64,000 bases of DNA from Octopus sinensis (GCF_006345805.1 NC_043017.1:1240001-1304000), one strand, 5' to 3'. Shown: positions 43,637-57,410, numbered from the stretch's first letter. Numbers and translations: made by a program. The notes: generated by a model from the sequence alone, not told the origin.

Positions 43637-43716
43637 TACATATATACATAAATAAAAAACATATGTACGTTTATAAACATCACGTATGCATATATTATAT
43701 ATATACATACATATAT

Positions 43717-43764
<48 letters not shown>

Positions 43765-44331
43765 CATATATATATCGATAATGATACATGGGATTATAAA
43801 TATATGTGCTGGTTAGTTTCGGCATGAAAGTTCAATAATTTTCACATTCAACGGAAATTTATAGGTTATGCGACTATGGCTAATTGTGGAACTATTTTTT
43901 AATAATAATCTATTACTTCTAATGTATCTTTCTGTGTCAGTCTGTCCATAAGTGTGCATTAATGTGCATTAATTTACGTACGTGTATGTAACTGCACATA
44001 TACAAATACGTACTCACAGACACAGACACACACACTCACACATACATACACTCACTTAGCGACACACGCAAACACAAAGACACATATATATAAATAAATG
44101 CCATAAAATATTTTTGTATGTGTCTACATATACATTTATATATATATATATATATGAACATGTGTATCTGTGTATGGGCGTGTGTGTTTAAGTGCTTAAA
44201 AATCCGTATGTATAAATACATATCTGCAAAGTTCTGGCATTATTTTAACCCCTTCCTTAAATCCCTAAATGACTATATGATCAGCATTAAAAATATTCAC
44301 CCAATCTACACACCCTCGCGAACAAAACAAA

Positions 44332-44383
<52 letters not shown>

Positions 44384-44480
44384 GTGTCCTGTACCCATAT
44401 ATGCATGTATATACACATGTAGAGGTAGGTACGTACATATATGTATGTATATATGCATATGTTTTATTTATTTATTAATT

Positions 44481-44517
<37 letters not shown>

Positions 44518-44861
44518 CCCATATATGCATGTATATATACATATATTTATATATTATTTATATTATTATATGATGGAAATTTGGAGAACTTAGCAAAATA
44601 TTAATAGAAAAACCAAAACTGAATTTAGCCTATGGTCAAGAACACAAGATGCAATTAATTGGTTTACCAAAATTTAAGACAAGAATAAATGTAAATTTAT
44701 CGCGAATAGACATTAACGAATATTACCAATCTATGTAACCCTATTAAATAATGCACTAATATTTGCTAAGGATAGAATAAACCTGTCCATGAAAAAAATA
44801 AAAATCATACTCGCAGCTAGTAAAACCGATATTACATGAAGGTGTAAGGCGCAATGTATGG

Positions 44862-45157
44862 ATGCGCAATGGCCCAATGGTTAGGGCAGCGGGATCGTGG
44901 TTGTAGGATCGCGGTTTCGATTCCCAGACCGGGCGTTGTGAGTGTTCATTGAGCGAAAACACCTAAAGCTCGACGAGGCTCCGGCAGCGGATTTTGGGGA
45001 TCCCTGCTGTACTCTATTGCCATAATTTCATCTCACTCTTTCTTCTGTTAGCCTGCTCGCTTAGCCAGCGGGATGGAATCATTTGAAGGCCCAAAATGCG
45101 AAGCGTATCGTGACCCACGATGTGCAGCAACATCTAATAGCCTGGTCGGTGACGGTG

Positions 45158-45158
<1 letters not shown>
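44862..45158 (+). mobile_element. tRNA-derived SINE followed by (CA)n
   Basis: A box TGGCCCAATGG (44870-44880), B box GGTTTCGATTCC (44913-44924), 3' (CA)n tract. Confidence 0.8.
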
Positions 45159-45251
<93 letters not shown>

Positions 45252-46722
45252 CAAAATGGGACAACAAAGCATCCAGATAGACGATACAAAGGAAACAAGG
45301 ACGGGACATTCGGAGTTTTCCTTCCTCAGTCAAGTTCCAGATTATCTTTGCAATTTCGGCTGATTATACTCGAGATTGCTACAATCCGGCGAGCCCCAAG
45401 GAAAAACAAATCTAAGAGCATTAGATTCCTTGGAAGAAAGCAGCGAATGTATACGAAAACAAGGACGGAAAAAAAAACGGGTAACAAATACGACGGGTGG
45501 CTTATTAGCAATTTAACAACATAAAGACAAATGTATAGTCGTCATTATAGTGACAGAGGGCATTGAGTGGTACCAGTGTTGATAGAAATAACAGTCAAAT
45601 CAACTCAGTAACCACAGAAGCACTATTTTAATGACAGATACGGAAGACAAGGTCCCAGGATTTGGTATAGCCACATCACGTGTCATTTGGAATTTTGGTG
45701 TTAGGACATCTTAATTTTCAGTAGTGGCGCCTACCGCGCCTAGGGTGAAACTCTATTAACTTTGTCAGCTTATTAGAAATTCGTTGAACTCGAACGCGGA
45801 ATTCACAAGCGGTACAAGTGAAAGCAACAAAAATCATGGTTTGTTACGCAAATTTATATATGTTACACGTACATATAACGTATGCTTATATATGCATCTA
45901 AATTTATATATCTCCTTGTACATACATATCTCCCCACACACTTATGTGTGTGTGTGTGGGGAGGGGGGTGTTAAAAAGCTTGCGTTAAGAGTGCAACTAT
46001 GTGTTAAGTCTTCAAATGAAGCAAATTTCCTTAGAAGTATATTTGGCGACGATTGCAAAAACAGTTGCCTACAGCGGGATGTATTAAAAGATATACAACA
46101 GGATATAACACAGGGTGAGACGTCTCAGTAACATTGACAAATGAGGTTATTAAATGTGTGTTGTTTTGAAGAGAGAAAACTTCCTGACATAGTTCACTGC
46201 AGGTATGTACGCGTATATATTAATGTATACATCTATATAGAATAGTAGCACATCGCTCCTTCAGCCTCTTTCTAGCTTTGTTTTCCCTCTCCCTCTCTCT
46301 CTATATATATATGTATAATTATTAATGTATATATCCATATATCCATCTGTGAGGGCCCGTAGCTTGGTGGTTAGGGTGTTGTGTTGTGTACTTCGGCAAA
46401 ACGCTTCATCTGGCGTTGCTCTCCGATCACTTTGACAACTGTAATACCAACTGACACATAATACAGCGTGTACCGTATCAAACTGGGATAATTCGAAGGA
46501 GAGAGCGAACTTAAAGCGCGGCACGACCATTTGATATCTATAAACAAATCACTTGTGTAGGTCGGTCAGCGACAGCTGAACGCCCACACATGGTTTCGAC
46601 GGTGGTGTCCATCATATCTTTTTATCTATCTTTCGATCTATCTATCTTTTCGTTTCTCTTCTTTTGTGTGCTTGCCTGTGTATATGTCTATCGATATATA
46701 TGCATATATGTATCCATTCGCC

Positions 46723-46878
46723 ATGATAGATCGCTAGCCACTACACATTCTTTATTTTCTCTCCTTGTTTCTTCTTGTGGAAGACATAGGCTCGAAACGT
46801 TAAAGATTTTTTTTACCTCCCGAGCGTTAAACCAATACATATGTTTGTTGTTTTCTTTTCTTGTGAATTCTCCCTATA
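46723..46878 (+). mobile_element. Repeat family D, second copy
   Basis: Colinear with 32218-32390; contains TTGTGGA..GGCTCGAAACGTTAAAGA. Confidence 0.6.
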
Positions 46879-47344
46879 TGCATAAATACATACACAATTA
46901 GAGCAATATATATATATATATATACATATATATGCAAATATATATACATATGTGGATATGATTATTTATACATGAATGTGTATCCATATTTTCGCCAAAT
47001 TTTCTATCGTTTGACCTCACTGTTCTCGCAAATCTCTCATAGTTCAGCATTCGCAATCTACCCTTCCGTAAAGTGTAAGCGAAATGAGTGCCAAGAATAA
47101 TTACTGTTGTGCATAAAGGTAAACTTGCTATTTGTTAACGCTAGCGCGACTGTGAAAGCGAGGCTGTTTTTGGAGGGAATAGTCACGGGAAAGGAGAGCT
47201 GAGTTTCTCATTTCGCACTAAAAACGAAAAGACAGAGTAAGGTGTGGAAGAATCCGGAAACGCCATCGAGAAATGAATTGAAAACTAAACATTCCACAGA
47301 AAATGTAATACCAACTGTGTCCGCTATACATACATACATGCATA

Positions 47345-47375
<31 letters not shown>

Positions 47376-47657
47376 TGTGTGTGTGTTTATGCATGTATGT
47401 TTATATGTATGCATAGAGAGTTTGAAGATGTATATTGAGAATAAGGAGGCATTCAGAATTTTGGATAATTCTTTATTGGCGCTTTCGTTCGTTTTGGAAC
47501 TCTTCAAGACAAAATCAAAATGGTAACAACAGAACGCTTGTTGTTCATTTATATAAAAGTGGAGAAAAAATATTTTCTTTTTGTTTAGGAAAAAGGGGAA
47601 AAGAAAGAGAAATGCAAAGGGGAAATAATGAAGCTAGATAGATTGACATATAGATAG

Positions 47658-47690
<33 letters not shown>

Positions 47691-47857
47691 TGTTTCTTTA
47701 TTAGCCACACAGGGCTGCACACAGATAGAACAAATTACAAGGTAGAGCTTTTCTTTTGAAGGTATTAAAAAAAAAAAAAAAAAAAAAAAAGGGAAGGGGG
47801 AGGTTCGATCAAAAGGGATCGTAAAAGGAGAGAAAGAGGACAAAAATAAGGGGGGTT

Positions 47858-47888
<31 letters not shown>

Positions 47889-48087
47889 AGAGGAAAAAAA
47901 ATGATCAATAGGGATCGTTATCACAGAAATGTCAATATGAAGTGTAAAGGGGAGGACAGGTGAGGTTTACCCGTGGAAAGAAAAGCCTGCGGAAAAGACC
48001 ACGGTAACCTCGGTCAATGAAGTCACATTTTATATTTCTTTTTTTTTTTTTTGCAAATAAGCAACTCTCTGTTTTCGATTTCTGGGT

Positions 48088-51000
48088 TCATAGGACTATG
48101 CTCAAGGTGGCTTCGTCATTCATACGTGCCATTCTTGCTACATTCACCCATCTTTTTTTAAAACATTCGCTAGACAAAACTTGCCTCTCTACTCTCACTT
48201 TCCTTTTCAAGTGGTACTTGAAGAAGTTGATGAGAGATTGACCAGAGAGGAAAGTGTTTGTCTCCAATCCTTTCAGACGCGTCCACCAGATACATTCTTT
48301 CGCCATAGCCACAAGGATGATGAAAATAGCTCTTCCTTCCCGTTTGAAGGAAGGAGGCGTGACAATATTGACGATAGACTCAGCTGATAAACCGACTCGT
48401 CCCACACGTGACAGCAGTTGTTCGACATAAGCCCACAGGTCGGAAATTGTTGGACACTGAACGAGTGCGTGCAGAACGGTTTCGTCGCTCTGACCGCATC
48501 TCGGGCAGGTCGGCCCCGTGTTTCTCGAGCCGTGTCTGTAGAGCTTATCCCGAACGGGTAGCGCTTCTCGGTAGCACTGCCAGGCCAGGGATCTCTGGAA
48601 GTTGTCCATGGGCCCTGGCCCGAAAGTCGTCCCGAACAGGTGGGTCAGGTACTCCTCGTCGACGTCCAGGTTCGCCCCGAGCTCGTCGTCGTACTTCCCC
48701 TCCACTAAACCCCTATAGAATGCTTTGGTTGTGTTGAAGTCACTTAAGGTCGACCCAGGACGGCAGAGTTGCTTGAGAGCAACGCGACACTCGCGGTGCC
48801 ATTCGCCCTTCCTCGGCCTCTTTTTGATCCACGACTGCAGTTCGGTCATGGAGACGAGCTGCGGGAAAGCGTGCCTCACAAACGGCGACCACACCTGTTC
48901 ACCGTCGTCTACATAGAGCCAGAGATGTCGCAGTCTCAGCGCGTGTCTGCGCATCATCAACCACGGCATGCCCAGCCCTCCTTTTAACGGGTGTTGACAG
49001 CAAATGGATCGCCTGACCATCGGGACGCATCCTTTCCACAAGAAGCGAAAGAGGATGCGTTGTAGTTTGGTGATGGTAGGGTCGGGACAAGGTACGACGG
49101 TCAGGCGGTAGTAGATGACGGACGCGATGTACGTGTTCGCCACCTCCGCTCGACCTTTTAGGGACAGTTTCCTCTCGGCCCATTGCCGGGCGAGAGTGAC
49201 CACCCTACTCGTTATCTCGTTCCAGTTCTTCTCCACTTGGAGGTCCGGACCAAACCAGACCCCGAGCAACTCAACCGGGCCGTCGGTCCAGCGTCCCACG
49301 ACGGAGGCGCTGGTGGACGGCATGGGCTTGCTTCTCCAGGTGCCTAGTCGCAAGCCCACTGACTTTTCCCGGTTGATTTTCGCTCCTGTCACCGCTTCGT
49401 AGTTTTTCAGTGTCCCGCCGACCAGCTCGATGTGCTCGTGGCTAGACACTATGACGGTGACGTCGTCCGCGTATGCAGACACGCTCGTCCCGCATCCCAA
49501 TTCTCGCGGGATGCCCCTTAGAGTCGCCAGCTTCCGCAGTAGTGGCTCAAGAGTCAATACGTATAGAAGCGCCGAGAGGGGGCATCCCTGACGGACCGAA
49601 CGTGCAATGTCGAAAGGTCTCGATAGATGTCCATTTACGCGAATTACCGAACGGATGCCTCTGTACAAGGCAGCTATCCAGCCGCGGAAGACGGGACCGA
49701 AACCAGCCGCTCTCAGGACTGCCTCCAAGTATCGATGGTCTACCCTATCAAAGGCTTTTGATTGATCCAAGTTGATCAGGGCCCCACCCATGCCAGGTTC
49801 GTTAACTACCCTGTCTATGATGTAGCGCATCAGATGGAGGTTGTCATGGATGGTCCGGCCTGGCACGGCGCATGTTTGCGCCTTGTCGACCAGTTTCTCG
49901 ATGACAAGCGCCAACCTCTTGGCTAGCACCTTGGCCAAAATTTTCAAGTCTGCATTAAGCAGAGTGATGGGCCTAAAGTTATCTATTACATTTCCCTTGT
50001 TTAGATCTTTCTTCAGCAGTGTTACGGCTCCTCGGCTCACAAAACCAGGAATGCTCCCGTTTTGCTGCCAGTTGCAGTACACCGCCGCCAAGAGATCTCC
50101 AAACAAGTCTGGCATACAATTGTAAAGCTCGTAGGGTAGACCATCCAAACCCGGTGATTTGTCCCTCGAGCATTCTGCCATCGCTTCCCGCACTTCCGCC
50201 GCCGTGATGGCACCTTCGCAGCACCCTGCCTTTCTTGTCGAGAGTCGTGGTAGGCTATGTAGGTAGGCACTGAAGTCCACCCTACGTTCTTGCCCTCCAC
50301 TCGTTCCGAACAGTCGGGCAAAATGCTGCTGAAAGGCCTCACACATTTTACTTGGCTCGAGCAATTCGCGCCCCTGTTCATCTACCAGTGACCGAATGGT
50401 GGCTTTGTTGCCCTGTTGCGCCTCTGCCACCCGGGCCTCTCTCGCGGCTCCAACACCTTCGTTCCTTAGAGCACGCATCCTAGCTCTGACAGCACATCCT
50501 TCGTGTTTGGCGTTGAAGTGTTGGTCGAGGGCCAACCTCGCCGCCAAAACGTCGGATGCGATGCCGCTTCTAATTGCCTCTTCTAGCTTCTTAACTAGCT
50601 CACCCTCTACTCTATTTCTATCTATGGCTAGTGCTTTGCTGTACCTAATCGCTTCTGCTTTTACTGCTCTCTTGAGGGCAAACCACCATTTGTTGTTGAT
50701 GATGGCTCCCGTCAAAGCCCTCTTTACTAGTGTGCTAATCCGGTCTCTGAAAACTTGTCTCGATGGGAAAGACGCGTTTAGTTTCCAGTATCCGGGACCC
50801 TGCCTAAGTGTCTTACCTAAGTCTAGCGTACATGTCACAAGTTTGTGATCCGTGTAGCTGACTATGTGGAATTGTGGACATCCTATGCTATCTCTATCTA
50901 CTGTCCTACACAGTATCCTATCTAGATACGATCTCGACGACCCGATGCGGTTGCTCCATGTCCACGTTGGCGCATTCGGGTGGTCTAGTCGAAACCTGTC

Positions 51001-51525
51001 AGACAGTTGAAAGCGTCTGAGCAGGTCTCTGAGGCATTTGCATCCCCGTCTATTCCTATCTCTACCCACGTAGTCTACATGCGTGTCCAAGGTAGCATTC
51101 CAATCCCCCACTAAGAGTAAAGGACGAGACGTTCCCAAGAAAACTTCTAGACGTTGAAAGAAATCCGCCCGACCTGTTAAGGGCGGTGCGTAAACTGATA
51201 CGAGCCGAAAAGCGCACCCATTGCTGCCGTCGACATCCAGGACGACCAGTCTACCCTCCGGGTCTACGAATATTGTCCTTACATTGAGATCCAGACTCTT
51301 GTGAAAAAGTACCGCGGTGCCACTACCGCCCATTCTCGGCAGACAGGGGGAAAAATAAATGTTGAACTGTCCGCCAAACATGGTCTTTAGGGCCCGCGGA
51401 TTGTGGAGTCTGGTCTCGCTTATGGCTATGATTTCTAACTTATGTGACTTTATGTCATTTAAGAGGTACCCTTGTTTCCAAGGGGACCCCAAGCCACGCG
51501 CATTTACACAACCAATCTTGATCAT
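48088..51525 (-). CDS. LINE ORF2: apurinic-like endonuclease, reverse transcriptase and C-terminal zinc finger (1145 aa, uninterrupted)
   Basis: APE motifs NARGL, ISETR, VGDWN, YTDH; RT motifs NFRPITLLNADLKILAK, DQSKAFDRVDH, QGCPLS, AYADD; CPRC..H..C. The RT wording and GRA..AN..I....YY tail resemble Tx1/L1 ORF2s. Confidence 0.97.
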   Translation of the reverse strand: MIKIGCVNARGLGSPWKQGYLLNDIKSHKLEIIAISETRLHNPRALKTMFGGQFNIYFSPCLPRMGGSGTAVLFHKSLDLNVRTIFVDPEGRLVVLDVDGSNGCAFRLVSVYAPPLTGRADFFQRLEVFLGTSRPLLLVGDWNATLDTHVDYVGRDRNRRGCKCLRDLLRRFQLSDRFRLDHPNAPTWTWSNRIGSSRSYLDRILCRTVDRDSIGCPQFHIVSYTDHKLVTCTLDLGKTLRQGPGYWKLNASFPSRQVFRDRISTLVKRALTGAIINNKWWFALKRAVKAEAIRYSKALAIDRNRVEGELVKKLEEAIRSGIASDVLAARLALDQHFNAKHEGCAVRARMRALRNEGVGAAREARVAEAQQGNKATIRSLVDEQGRELLEPSKMCEAFQQHFARLFGTSGGQERRVDFSAYLHSLPRLSTRKAGCCEGAITAAEVREAMAECSRDKSPGLDGLPYELYNCMPDLFGDLLAAVYCNWQQNGSIPGFVSRGAVTLLKKDLNKGNVIDNFRPITLLNADLKILAKVLAKRLALVIEKLVDKAQTCAVPGRTIHDNLHLMRYIIDRVVNEPGMGGALINLDQSKAFDRVDHRYLEAVLRAAGFGPVFRGWIAALYRGIRSVIRVNGHLSRPFDIARSVRQGCPLSALLYVLTLEPLLRKLATLRGIPRELGCGTSVSAYADDVTVIVSSHEHIELVGGTLKNYEAVTGAKINREKSVGLRLGTWRSKPMPSTSASVVGRWTDGPVELLGVWFGPDLQVEKNWNEITSRVVTLARQWAERKLSLKGRAEVANTYIASVIYYRLTVVPCPDPTITKLQRILFRFLWKGCVPMVRRSICCQHPLKGGLGMPWLMMRRHALRLRHLWLYVDDGEQVWSPFVRHAFPQLVSMTELQSWIKKRPRKGEWHRECRVALKQLCRPGSTLSDFNTTKAFYRGLVEGKYDDELGANLDVDEEYLTHLFGTTFGPGPMDNFQRSLAWQCYREALPVRDKLYRHGSRNTGPTCPRCGQSDETVLHALVQCPTISDLWAYVEQLLSRVGRVGLSAESIVNIVTPPSFKREGRAIFIILVAMAKECIWWTRLKGLETNTFLSGQSLINFFKYHLKRKVRVERQVLSSECFKKRWVNVARMARMNDEATLSIVL

Positions 51526-51556
51526 AGTTCTAATGAATTAGAATACAGAGGGTTAC

Positions 51557-53023
51557 TTACTGCTCGAAAGTTTTTGCTTTCTCCTCCGTTGGTTTGTCCT
51601 CGAGAAGATCCCAGTACAGTTTCTTTGTGAGATATTTTTGGCATTTACCAACCGCACTGGGGAAAATGCCTTTGAGTGTGTGGTGCAGACTTTTGGAGAT
51701 GTGTATTATTTTGATGTGGTCTGGTGGTGTTGTGTATGGGTGGTTGTTTGTTTTTATGTCATCTTCTGTTATGTTTGTTTTTGATTGGATGTATTCCATC
51801 AAATTTGTGTTTTGGTGTCTATGGCTGTGAGCATGTTTGCTGTATATGTTTTTGTGGTGTTGGTGTGGCTGTTGTTTGCGTTGGGTTTTGAAATGTCTTC
51901 GGGAGATGTATTTCCCCCTGCTTTGTTCGTGTTTGCATTTGGTTTGGTTGTGTTTCTGCTCTTTATTTTCCTTCTTTTTGTAGCTATTTGCCATTCCTCA
52001 CTGGTTTCGTCTTCCGACGAAATTTCTGAGGAATCAGAAGGGGGTAGGGGTATGTTGTGGGCTTCTATGTATGTCTGTGTAAGTGGTTGTGTTGTTGTTT
52101 CGTTGTTGTTGGTTGTTGAGTGTTTGTGTGTGTTGAGTGCGGTATAAGGGATGGGGGATCAGTTTGTGTGTGTTTTCTTTGTTTTTCTGTTCCTTTGGGT
52201 TTTGCTGTTGATGGTAGTGTTGGTATTTTTCCAGGTGTCGAGTGTTTTTGGTTGATGACGGATTAGCTTGGTGTGCTTCTCTTGTCGTCTTCTGTGTTGA
52301 TGGTGGTGTGGGTAGTAGAGCTTTTTTTCCGGAGTGCTTTGGTTGTGGTAGTGGTTGTTGTTGTTGCTCTTGGTGTGCAGTGGTTGGGCACGTCTTTTTC
52401 AAGTGTGTTTCGCTTCCACACAAATAGCAGCGTGGTCGCCTGCCCTCTACCACTATATAGAGTTTGTAGCCTCCTGGCAGTTCTATAGCGGTGGGTATCT
52501 TCTCTCTTGCTGCTTCATCCAATTGAAGCAGGAATTCGATTGATTTGCCCACATAGTCTTTCTCTCCTAGAACCGCGATTTCCAGGATGTTTGTCTCTGA
52601 CATTGTCTCTGACATTTCAAAGCAGATGGCAGAGACCACCCATTGTGTTTCGACATCAAATGGTATGTTTTTATTTGGACTTTCGTGACCCTTTTGTTTA
52701 AATAGACTGGTATCATTACCAAGTCGTCCGAATGTAGCTCCAATGTGGGAAAACGTTTTGCTAAACTTTCGTTGAGGAAACGTACTTGGACTGTACCAAA
52801 TTTGTTTCCCCAACTGATATATTCCTTGGAGTCCCATACAGGACGAAGGCATTTATCGATTTTTTCCTGCGGTGCATTTTCTGTTCTTCTTGTTTTTTTG
52901 TTTATTACTTTATAAATTATTGTTTTTTTTTGCGTGTTTTCCACGATGTGTTGTGGAATATGAAGGTGCAATTTGTCTCCTTCTTTGGAGAAGAGTGCCT
53001 TTGTGCGGTTTCTCTCTTGTGTG
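51557..53023 (-). pseudogene. Frameshifted LINE ORF1 (gag-like) with CCHC zinc knuckle
   Basis: YIVVEGRRPRCYLCGSETHLKKTC knuckle; frame break at KVQI/KNIPFD (~52665); acidic/basic SSEDETSEEWQIATKRRK segment in another frame; last segment ends just upstream of the ORF2 ATG. Confidence 0.8.
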
Positions 53024-53332
<309 letters not shown>

Positions 53333-55119
53333 AATAGAGAGGGGTTTCTTTTCAATTTCTTGTGGTCAGCCAAGGAAATTTTATTACAAATAATTTTTCT
53401 TCTGTATTTTTCATTCTTCTTTATCTTCTTTCTTTTTTTTTTTTCCCATTGTATCCCTATCAATATATTTGTAAATAGACACATTTTTTCCACAAGTGCT
53501 GATGACCTTTCAGGATGTCGACTTTAGGAAATAGGATGGGAAACCTGGGAAAAGACGGGAGGGTTCGGTCGTCACTGAAAAATAAAGGGTTCAAACTTCA
53601 AAGTCTCATGCAAATCTATATTTCTTTACACGTGAAGAGTCGAATCCCAATATTCTGTGTAATTCCATGTTTTGCACGAACAAACATTAAATATTCATAC
53701 AACATTCATAAATTATGAAAATAAAGTGAGAATAGCTACATAACATATCTGTACTAACCACTGGTAAAATGGTTCCAGCATTCTTTCTCGAGTATATGTA
53801 AGATCTATAAAAGCAACAGTTGTCCAACGTTACATACAGAAATGAGTATCACATCCTTAACATTCATATATATTTATATATATTTATCCATCTCTCTCTC
53901 TCTGTGTCTGTCTTTCTTGTCTGTCTGTCTGCCTACCTATCTGTGTGTCTATACATCTATCTATGTAATTACCCATGTATCTCACTATCGCTTCATATAT
54001 CTATCTTTCTATTAATTTATTTATCTATCTATTTATCTGTGACTCTTTCTGTTTCTCTGTATATCTGTCTATCTTTCCCTCTGTCTGTCTGTATGTCTAC
54101 CTATGCATATATATATATGTATGCATGTATGTGTGTATGCATGTGTATATATATGTATGTATGTATGTATGTATCTAACTATCTATCTCTATGTATATTG
54201 TTATGAATTGTTGCTATTAATTATAGGTATAAAATTGTTGTGTAAGTTGCTGAGTTTGTGCGGTTGTTTTCGATGATGCTTTGAATGTGGGTGTTTGGAC
54301 AAGTATCAGTTACAGTGAATTGGCTGTTTCCCGGATATAATTATTAAGTACCCTGTTAAACATTTCATAAAGAGGAAATAACGTAGAACGTTATTTCATC
54401 TATTGTGAAAAGAAATGTTTGCTCCTAACTTCCGAAACATCTTTACTTGTTAAGAAATTCATAATTATTGGAAATGACGTGTCACCAGAAGTGACAAAAT
54501 CGATTACAGAAGCAATCCTTAAGAAAGAAAATTGCAACTTTCGAGAGAAATCAAAGACATTATTATTTATGTGAAAAAGTGCAGAAGTCTTTCATGTGGT
54601 CCTCAGAGCAAGCACTGGAACTGAAGATTGCCTTCTTAGTTTTCGTCTCATTTTATAGTACATAGAAATACTATTTAATAAGTATCCTCGTTAAGAACTA
54701 ACTGACCCTGAGGTTAGTTTACGCTTTCATTCGTCGAAACAACCACCAACTATTAAATTGCCTTCTGTTTGTGGGCGCCAGTATCGTTCATATGTGTATG
54801 TGCTAATAAGGTTCATGAGTGTATGTGCTAGTAAGGTTCGTTTGAAACTACTTCTCTTTCACACTTATACTCACATGCATACACATACTTTTACCATCCC
54901 CATTCGACACTGTGACAGATTGTTCACATCACAAGAATATGTCGTTAGTAATCCAATATAGTAAACATGTAGAGAAGCTAGCTTCTCTTACAAGCGTAAA
55001 TTTATATAAATTTCTGTCAACATTTTTCAAATTTTTGATTGTGGAAATAAGGAAAAATTGGTTCCTGTTTTCCATTTATTTCTTATGAATTACTGAATCA
55101 TTTCATTAATATCATCATC

Positions 55120-55345
55120 CTGTAGCTATGGCGATGGACTTATGATTGCAAGATTGTCGGTTCGCTTCCGGACCTGGCGGCGAGTTATGTTCTTCAACAA
55201 AACCTCTCATTTCGCGTTGTTCCATTTCTCTCAGCAGCAAATGGGTAACCATGTGATAGAACCGGCTTCCGATCAGAGGGAATGTTGCCCTAGTCGTCTA
55301 ACCAGTGGGGAGGCATTATCCGAAAGCTAAAACGATGCAAAGTGT
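55120..55345 (+). mobile_element. Degenerate tRNA-type SINE
   Basis: B-box-like GGTTCGCTTCC and a body resembling other SINE copies. Confidence 0.55.
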
Positions 55346-55399
55346 ATTACGAACAGAAATATATAACAACATCCATTGCTCTCAGGAATTGTTTCCTAG

Positions 55400-55580
55400 C
55401 TGGTAGAATCGTTAACATGCAGTGCGAAATGGTTAGCCGCAATACGACCTTCCTTTACCTTCTGAGAACAAATTCAACCTAGTTCGACTTGCTCTTTCAT
55501 TCTTTCGGGTTTGGTAAAATAAGTACCAGTTCAGCACTGGAGTCGATGCAGTCAGCTTACTCCCTCCCACAAAATGCCGC
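55400..55580 (+). mobile_element. SINE family A copy, degenerate
   Basis: GTAGAATCGTTAAC...AAATGGTTAG...AAGTACCAGTTCAGCACTGGAGTCGATG. Confidence 0.6.
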
Positions 55581-55979
55581 ACTCCAACTTCAATACTAAA
55601 CTAATATTATTCATGCAAACTACGTTATGTATTAGCAATGAAGAAATTTACTAAGTTCTCGGCACATTTATTTGCATACGAATTGAACGAGTCTCTTTAG
55701 TTGTTCAATTTAGCACACAATAAGCAAGTATTATTGTAAACAAGAATATCCTTAGATACATATTTTTGATTATATATATATAAATTTACACACATACACA
55801 GACAGACAGATATATAGATATGTATGTATGTATATATATATGTAAAGATTATTTGCCAAGACAACATGGCAATGCTACTTAGGACGAATGCTACTGCTAT
55901 TCTTTAGCCCAACGAAACATCGTCTCCACCTGGGTTTACGACACATTATCTGTACCCTTATATACGTATATATGCATAT

Positions 55980-56053
55980 ACCACATATATATACATGATA
56001 TATATATATATACACATAAAAATATATGTGTATATATAAATATGTATATGTAA

Positions 56054-56127
<74 letters not shown>

Positions 56128-56193
56128 ATATTATATATATATATATATATTATATATATTATATATATACTATACATATATGTATATATATGA

Positions 56194-56248
<55 letters not shown>

Positions 56249-56273
56249 CGTATACATATATGTGTATATATGA

Positions 56274-56313
<40 letters not shown>

Positions 56314-56554
56314 CTATAGACATATATATATATATATATATGAATATATACATATATATATATATGAAATATACTATATACATAATAATATATGAATATA
56401 TCATATTATATATATAATATATATATATATATGAATATATACATATATATATATATATATATATTAATATATTATATATATATGTATATATATATACGTA
56501 TACATATATGTGTATATATGAATATATACATATATATATATATATATAATATGA

Positions 56555-56587
<33 letters not shown>

Positions 56588-56811
56588 TGTCTATATATAT
56601 ACGTATACATATATGTGTATATATGAATATATACATATATAATATATATATATGAATATATACATATATATATATATATATATGAATATATACATATATA
56701 TATATATAATATATATACTATATATATATAATATATATATAATATCTATATTAACATATATATATATATATATATATAATATTAATATATATTATATATA
56801 TAGTATATATA

Positions 56812-56844
<33 letters not shown>

Positions 56845-57061
56845 TGAATATATACATAGATATATATATGAATAATATACATATATATAATATAGATATA
56901 TATATACATATATATATATATCATATATATATATATATATATATATATGAATATATATATATATAATATGAATTATATACATATATATAAGGATATATGG
57001 AATATATATATAATATATATATATATATTGAATATAGATATATATATATATATATATATGA

Positions 57062-57106
<45 letters not shown>

Positions 57107-57378
57107 TATATATATATATTATGAATATAACATATATATATTATATTATATAATATATATATATATATCTATATATATATTAATAATAATATATATATAT
57201 AATATATCATATATATATTATATATATATAATGAATATCTACCTATATATATATATAATATACATATATTATATACAGATATATATATATATATATATAT
57301 GAATATATATATATATATATGAATATATATATATATATATATATATATTATGATATATATATATATATATATATTATA

Positions 57379-57410
<32 letters not shown>

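Larger units (their letters stand above)
47690..53023 (-). mobile_element. Tx1/L1-clade non-LTR retrotransposon, ~5.3 kb, 5'-truncated within ORF1, inserted in a (TCTA)n array
   Basis: ORF1 remnant, intact ORF2 and 3' UTR ending AATAAAGAAACAT; GATA repeats on both sides. Confidence 0.95.

Noticed and set aside
44862-44935. tRNA gene
   Set aside because: A and B boxes are present but there is no complete cloverleaf, and it continues into a SINE body and (CA)n tail
52655-52675. Programmed -1 frameshift in ORF1
   Set aside because: ATA AAA ACA is not an X XXY YYZ slippery heptamer, and other frame breaks follow; a 1-nt homopolymer deletion is simpler
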